DNA of 64,000 nucleotides. It comes from Nitrospirales bacterium (GTDB lineage Bacteria; Nitrospirota; Nitrospiria; Nitrospirales; UBA8639). How positions within the stretch are numbered: position 1 is the stretch's first letter; each line of letters begins with the position of its first letter. The position numbers and the translations under genes are program-made. Where the stretch lies: contig OY820905.2 in NCBI GenBank assembly GCA_963555755.3, positions 1,600,001-1,664,000 on the forward strand. The letters are read 5' to 3'. Under the pieces are notes generated by a model, which was not told the origin of the DNA, made no database searches, and was given only the letters and a program-made list of their open reading frames with translations. Shown piece after piece: positions 63,556-64,000 of this stretch.

Positions 63556-63832
63556 AAGTGGCATTGGCGTGTGCTGGCAGGAAATGCCAGGGCGAAGGCA
63601 GGAACAACTCGATTACATGGGTGGTGCCGGTTTTTTGTTTAAATCAATTGATGAAGTTCCGGAAATAATAGGCCAGCCTTACCCAGACGAAATGCGTAAA
63701 CTCGGCCTTGAGAACTCAAAGAAATGCGACGCCGATACCCATAAAAAAATGCTCGTAGAAACGTGGCGCAGGTATTAACGCGGAGCAATCAATCCGAGCC
63801 TGATCAATTCTCGACACCGGATTTTGGATCAA

Positions 63833-64000
63833 ATGAAGCGTTTTTGGCAGGAGTCCCTGTCATTACCTCAAATATCGGTGGTATGGCAGAGCTAGTGGAA
63901 GATGGAGTGAATGGTCTTCATTTTCAGATGGGAAATGCGGCGGATCTGACCAGGCAATTACAACGAATAATCGATGATCCTCCACTGATCGCTCAGCTTA
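63833..64000 (+). pseudogene. Duplicated 3' fragment of the GT4 gene (matches 60651-~60800)
   Basis: ATGAAGCGTTTTTGGCAGGAGTCCCTGTCATTACCTCAAATATCGG... is near-identical, with no upstream GT4 sequence. Confidence 0.85.

Overview
This is a bacterial accessory region; a Nitrospirales-like origin is inferred only from MITE style and gene content. 1-5.0 kb holds the start of a minus-strand putative secondary-metabolite operon: FOXRED2-like flavoprotein, NadB/SdhA-family flavoprotein, a distant PvcA/Dit1 (isocyanide synthase-like) protein, and a flavin-halogenase-like gene that runs off the window and is missing from the ORF track. 5.3-9.2 kb is a cluster of degraded insertion sequences (IS630, IS1380, IS30, IS91/ISCR) with REP-like repeats. 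9.4-16 kb contains a YdjM-like hydrolase, a CocE/NonD hydrolase with an IS1595 in its 3' end, MITEs and a cupredoxin. 16.6-64 kb is a large surface-glycan locus with Wzm/Wzt, many GT2/GT4, up to seven GT-C-type membrane proteins, several SGNH/AlgX-like proteins and CBM4/9-like modules. Its unusual parts are two GT-C+CBM+SGNH fusions, a 1464-aa SPASM-like+GT2+GT4 fusion, a split radical SAM/SPASM gene pair, and a repeated sigma54 promoter cassette with a GTC-N8-GAC-like upstream box usually 151-154 bp from the -24 GG, found before at least six transcription units. All family calls come from motif recognition by eye; no database searches were run.
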